Shown here: one piece after another, positions 61,319-64,000 of the stretch
Layout: every line of letters starts with the position of its first letter
Position numbering within the stretch: the first letter of the stretch is position 1
From: Lama glama
Taxonomy: Eukaryota
Reading direction: 5' to 3'
Assembly: GCA_028534125.1 (NCBI GenBank)
Contig: CM052816.1
Coordinates: 56,360,001 to 56,424,000, forward strand
DNA length: 64,000 bases
Made by a program: the position numbers and the translations under genes
Notes under the pieces: generated by a model
Databases searched by the model: none
Told to the model about the DNA's origin: nothing
Seen by the model: only the letters and a program-made list of their open reading frames with translations

Positions 61319-64000
61319 GACACCATTATTTAATTTAGTTTCTATCCTAACTGCCTTCAGTTAGATTATAACAATACTTTCCACTTGAACTCTACTTTGT
61401 AGTTTCCCCATAATTTTCTTCAACATTATCTCCTTCCATACTTGAATACTCCTATCAGCAAGACTTAATGGGGTCTGGAAGGGAAGGGATGTTTATTTTA
61501 TTGATTGTGGGCATGTGAATGAAAAGTCCAGGGTCACAGGCAAGTGGGTGGAAAAGTGGGGACCAGAGCCAAAGCCTCCTGCCTCCTAGTACAGTGCCCA
61601 TTTTTCCTGAGAAGGTGGTGTTGAATCGTGCTCAGGACCTGTTGGTGTCCTTCATGGAGACGGTTCCAGGTGTGACTGAAGTGGGAGGTACCCTGAGCTT
61701 GCCTCAGCCAGCACTAACCGGTACATTGTTCTTCAGTTGGTGGCTGCAACAGGTGATTTGTCACGGCAGGTGATTCCTACCTTGCCAGTTGGATTTTCTG
61801 GATAATTCACAGCCTTTGCTAAAATGGAGCCTCTTTCTGGAGGCACAGTCCTCCTTCTGGATGCTCACCAGTCTGCCAGTGGCAGAGGTACCTTACTACT
61901 TTGAATTGCTTGAAGCTGGGAAGTGCATCTCTGGCTTCACAGCAAGCACCTGCCCTGCCTAACACTCCACGTGGGGGCCGTGCAGTCCCCATCCTTTCCT
62001 CCCCTCAGCTCAGCTCTGCCCCTGGGGAGGTGTTCAGGGATGGACTGTTGCCCCTCAACTGGTAGCTTGGCTTTGTTCCAGGCACTCTGGTCTTGCTGTC
62101 TTGTTGGCGGACAGTCTGAAAGCTTTAGAGATGTGGCTGGTTTAACTGGTCCCAAGTGACCATGGAACATTTCACTTCTAGCTCCCTTGGAAAAGCAGCA
62201 TCTCTGCTTTTGACTGTGGTCGGGACCCTGATGCGGGATCAATGCTACAACCACTCAAAGGAGGTGCTGGCTTTCCTGAAGGTGCAAAGACTTGAAGATA
62301 ACATTCTGCATACTTTATTGTTCTCTCCTTTTCAATTGCCAGAGCTTCACGAAAATGCCCAAGAATATATACTCTTCCCTTGCAATTTAAGTCAATTGCT
62401 CATTAATTGACATACAAGCTTCTCTAGAAAGAGCTAATCCTCTTAGTTTTTAAAAATGTGACCTAGTTTTCTGCTTAGGTAGAGGATCACTTTTTTTTTC
62501 CCCAGGCATCAAGCAAAATTTCTAACCTGAGATGACTTGTCTTGGCTCTGTTCAATCTCTGTTTCAGAGGCTTTTTCTCTGTACCCTCCCCTCCCCCTTA
62601 TAGGTCCAGTACCGCCCAGCTGTTCACTGTTCTTTGCTGTGCAGCCCTAGCCTGCCCTGCCTTTGAGAGAAGGTCATTACTGGACTTACTTCCTCTCCAA
62701 ATTCACCTGACTCCTTCTCTTGGCAGCCTTTCCCTTTCTGTTTATGGTAAATAATTTCCCTTTTAAAAAACTATTCCCTTTAAAATCATTATCTCTCTCA
62801 TCACTATCACATCACCACGACTTCCTCCTAACCTGTGCTGAGCACCTACTTTTTGCTAAGTCCTGAGGACACACAAACACATGAAAAGAATTTCTGTCCT
62901 GGGAGAGTTTATAGTCTGATTGCAGGAAAGTAAGCACTATCGATAATGAATAGATTCCTGTCTTACTTCTAGAATAAAACACTTACGCATTCTCATAGGG
63001 AAATTATAGGAATATGATACCTTAGCCCAATGGTACTTTTGATATAGGCCAATGGGGAGGTATTCAGAAGAGGCAGGAAACTTTAAAATCACATCGTTTT
63101 TTCCCACCTTTTACCTCTTCTCTATCACCCTTTTCCAAACGATGACGTATGATCACAGACAATAAAACCCCAAGGAATCAGCGTGAGGGTGGGCTTGTCT
63201 GCTGCTGGGGAGGGTTCTGCTGTTATTTCTGTAGCTCATTCTAAATGACCTATGTTGAGCCCAGAGCCCAGTGAAGGTGATGCCCATGACTGTCAGAGCA
63301 GAGCTCCTGCCAAGCAGAGGCAGGATACAACAAGACACACAAAAGCAGAAGTCTCCCTGTTTCTGTAACATTTCCAGCTGGAAAACAAATCAGAGTTACG
63401 CATTCCAGCTATGCTTAGGAAGCCCTGAAATACCCAAGTAGTAATCATCTAGGTATGCTAACTACAGCTCAGGATCATTCTGGGCTTGTCAGTGCCCTAT
63501 GCCTGGTAGGTTTCCCATTAGCTGTGCTCACTTCTCTCTTTTTCTCCGAGGGCCAATTATTGGGGAAACGCAGCATTTCTACCCCCACCTCCATCCCCAG
63601 CCATTCAGAGAAAGTTTGTTACGCACCAGAATGTCTGACCATTACAATAAGCCATAAAGCCATTCCAGCGTAGGCGTTGGAAGAATTTAGCCTTTGAAAC
63701 ATGGATTAAAGACTTAAGGTTGATGACTGTAGAATTTTAGTGCCAAGAATTAGAAGAGACCAGAGAGAAGGATGGCCACACATTCCAGTGTAATTAGGAT
63801 GCCCCTCGTCCCATTGTAGTCACTAATGTTGCCTTTTTTTTCTCTCAAAAGTGCTTAGTTTGGACAAGTTTTATGGTTATTTTGCTTTAAAGATTATCCA
63901 GTTCATCTTTCAGTTTGGTTCACATTTAATGCAGAAATTACTTTTGCCCCTCCTTCCAAGCAAGGGATCATGTGTTTGCTCTTCACAGTACTGGCGAGGG

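Noticed and set aside
1..64000. Single-exon ORFs in the supplied track as genes
   Set aside because: They are short, often start at GTG or TTG, frequently lie in repeats and have no recognisable domains, as expected by chance in mammalian intronic DNA
1..64000. CRISPR array, operon, prophage or defence system
   Set aside because: No repeat-spacer array or dense coding structure is present; the sequence is clearly mammalian

Overview
Mammalian genomic DNA, most likely a camelid: it carries two vic-1-type tRNA-Ala-derived SINEs and artiodactyl-like L1 3' ends, and I saw no Alu, Bov-tA, PRE1 or CAN SINEs. The window is mostly intronic or intergenic and repeat-rich (MIR, L2, ancient and lineage-specific L1, MaLR/ERVL/ERV1 LTRs, hAT-Charlie MITEs, microsatellites), with four assembly gaps. 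No single ORF in the supplied track is a credible gene. Reading splice signals by eye gives a + strand chain of small exons (4267-4356, 13750-13829, 14014-14066, 27324-27392, 36804-36871) that splices into one uninterrupted 120-codon frame. I do not recognise the peptide and cannot assign it to a gene. Around this chain are candidate microexons, a MIR-derived exon, a possible poison exon, a GC donor, a CpG-island-like patch on an ancient L1 5' end with a downstream donor, and an ERV1 solo LTR with a STAT/GAS motif. There is no rRNA, functional tRNA, CRISPR array or other prokaryotic system. All exon and regulatory calls are predictions needing RNA-seq or alignment confirmation. Repeat family names come from remembered consensus sequences, and their boundaries are approximate.
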